DNA of 64,000 nt from Rhynchobatus australiae. Lineage: Eukaryota. Position numbers and translations under genes: made by a program. The notes under the pieces are model-generated. The model did not search any database. It was given only the letters and a program-made list of their open reading frames with translations, and had not been told where the DNA came from. Shown piece after piece: positions 62,100 to 64,000 of this stretch. Within the stretch, counting starts at the first letter, position 1. Each line of letters starts with the position of its first letter. The stretch is from contig JAUZTB010000048.1 of the NCBI GenBank assembly GCA_034780895.1, positions 29,460,585 to 29,524,584 of the forward strand, given 5' to 3'.

Positions 62100-63070
62100 T
62101 TGCTTGGTAATTCCTCAGGATCAAGGATGATTTATTTCAACTATAATTTAGTGCACTTCAGAGTAGCTGCCACAGGTGGGGCAGGAACATGCTTGGCAAA
62201 GTGGGTTTTCACTTGCCTTCAGCATACTCCCATTGAAGAGACTTGTCGTGCTTGATGGCTTCATGGATTCTGCTTTTCCATTTGGAGCCAAGCATTTCCA
62301 TGAATGACTGAGGATTCAGGGAACCTTTCAGAACATCCATGAAGTGGATGCCTCCAGGAATTCTTTTACTGTGACGGAGCTTGGAATGGCGTTTCTGCTT
62401 CATACATTTGGTGTCTCACATGCAGTCTATATACCTCACCATTTGAAATTAGCTAAGCACAATTAGAGAATTGATGCCTGAAATGCTGGCCTGGAAGGGT
62501 ACACTTACATTGATTCTCTGATTTCTGCCAGTAGATTTTGAGGTCTTTGCAGAGATGGGATTGGTGGTACCATTCTCTTACTTTGAAGTGCTCACCGTTG
62601 CTAGTTTGAGATGTACTGGAGGGAGGAGTCAGAGCAACCTGGTTGACAATGGACGATGTTGAGTTTGAGGTCTTGACTTACAAACATTTTTTTAGTTGGC
62701 CAAAGACACTGCTGCTACACCCCAAGTTACAAAAGTGGCTTTCTTAGATCAGGGTATTGTCGTGGTCCTTTGTTATCTGGAGATGGCATTCTACAATAGG
62801 AAGAAGGTGGTAAAGACCCTTCCTGTTATGAATGCCAAGTTTTAGGCCCACTCTATTATACACATCAGAGCGATTAATAACTTGGAGCTTGGCCTCTAAG
62901 TGTACACATAATGCACATAATCCAGGTTGATGATGGAGGTTAGGGTGCCCCAGCCTCTGAAGCAGAGGTGATGAAGGTTGAACAGTTTCATCCTTCAGAT
63001 TAGCTCCACTCCATTGAGAAGCCTCTTGGAAGTGAGGTGCAAATAGGGGTCAACCAAAGCTGCTTTTTAT
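62100..63070 (-). mobile_element. Decayed RTE-clade LINE fragment
   Basis: Reverse strand reads DTKCMKQKRHSK and ..LPRGFSMEWS; the orientation and motifs resemble 51130-51650. Confidence 0.5.
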
Positions 63071-63114
63071 CAAAGGAGCCATAACTTACAGAAAAACAAA
63101 AAAAAACTCCATAC

Positions 63115-64000
63115 TTAAAATACTCAGCATCTGTGGAGTGAAACAGAGTTGATATTTCAGATCAATGAACTTCAAAACTGGGGAGAAATTAGAAAATGGA
63201 CATTTTTAAACATACAGAGAAAAGGGAGGGATGTAGAGAACAAAGGTAATGAAGACCAAGAGAAGGTAGATGGCAAGGTTGGTGTCAATGAGGAGAGGGT
63301 GCTGAAGGCTTGTTGATTGCAGCTAATTTGTCTGGAGGAAATGTGAACAGTGGGAGAATGAGGAAAGAACAAAAAATACTGGAACTCTGAGATACAGAAC
63401 AGCAGTTGATCAGTAGAACAAGGTGAAAAAAACTGGAAGAATGAAATCCAGTCCTTGCATGAATCAAGATGGAAAGAGATGTATTCAAGAGAATTGTGGG
63501 AGTCTGTGAACTTGCGATGGCTATTGATGACTGAGGCAGCCCTGAGGTGGAGACATGGGAAGTATCATGGACAGATCATTTGAATGTGAGAGCAGAATGG
63601 AAATGCTATTGAAGTAGGAAACAGCAGGAATGCAGTCAGTCACCAATCTACTGAAAAAAGGTGAGCATGGAGGTCTGTTTCAGACTGAAATAAGTTACGT
63701 TCCATATATCCTGTAAGTAGACAGACAAAGCTTGAACCTAAGTGGGTTCCCATAGCCGCCACTTTAATTTGGAGAAAACAAGTGGAGTATAAGTTGTTCA
63801 ATGCAAAAACAAGTTTGGTAAGACAAGGAGGAGTTCTGATTGGACCTCTGTTTAAGAAAGCATTGAAGCACCCTCAGACCATTGTGGCTTGGGATGGAAA
63901 TGTGGAGGGACAGGACGACAATGATGAAATTGAGTCATTAGCACCAGGAAACTAGAAATGGTCAAAGTGGTCCCAAACTTATTCTGGGGATATATATCAG
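63115..64000 (-). mobile_element. Decayed Penelope-like element (RT fragment plus terminal repeat)
   Basis: Minus strand KVAAMGTHLGSSFVCL (RT G.AMG motif) and SIPSHNGL; terminal repeat gcatctgtggagtgaaacagagttgatatttcag. Confidence 0.65.

Noticed and set aside
1-64000. CRISPR arrays, operons or other prokaryotic systems; stand-alone tRNA or rRNA genes
   Set aside because: None seen; the DNA is vertebrate and the tRNA-like segments are SINE heads.

Overview
Eukaryotic, repeat-rich, AT-rich vertebrate DNA with scaffold gaps. The repeat set points to a cartilaginous fish (shark or ray): HE1-type V-SINEs, HER1/CR1 LINE tails, DeuSINE/SacSINE1-like elements, Penelope-like elements with hammerhead cores, Rex1/Babar and RTE LINEs. 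No complete intact protein-coding gene is visible. The left end (~1-770) looks like the tail of a + strand 3' UTR. A CpG-island promoter and first exon of a + strand gene lie at ~55.1-55.9 kb, and the rest of the window appears to be that gene's first intron. Between them, the minus strand carries what look like decayed genes. One is a CAP-Gly-domain exon (40727-40863) with several candidate neighbouring exons that carry stops or a frameshift. The other is a long (~4.5-32 kb) series of stop-interrupted, beta-rich reading-frame remnants, tentatively resembling LOC400499/apolipophorin-like large lipid transfer proteins. Other notable items are an 87-nt near-perfect hairpin, several Penelope-type minimal hammerhead ribozyme motifs, a CR1 split by a ~1 kb stop-poor insert, and an inverted Rex1 pair in the intron. 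Repeat boundaries are approximate and family names come from recognition by eye, not database searches.
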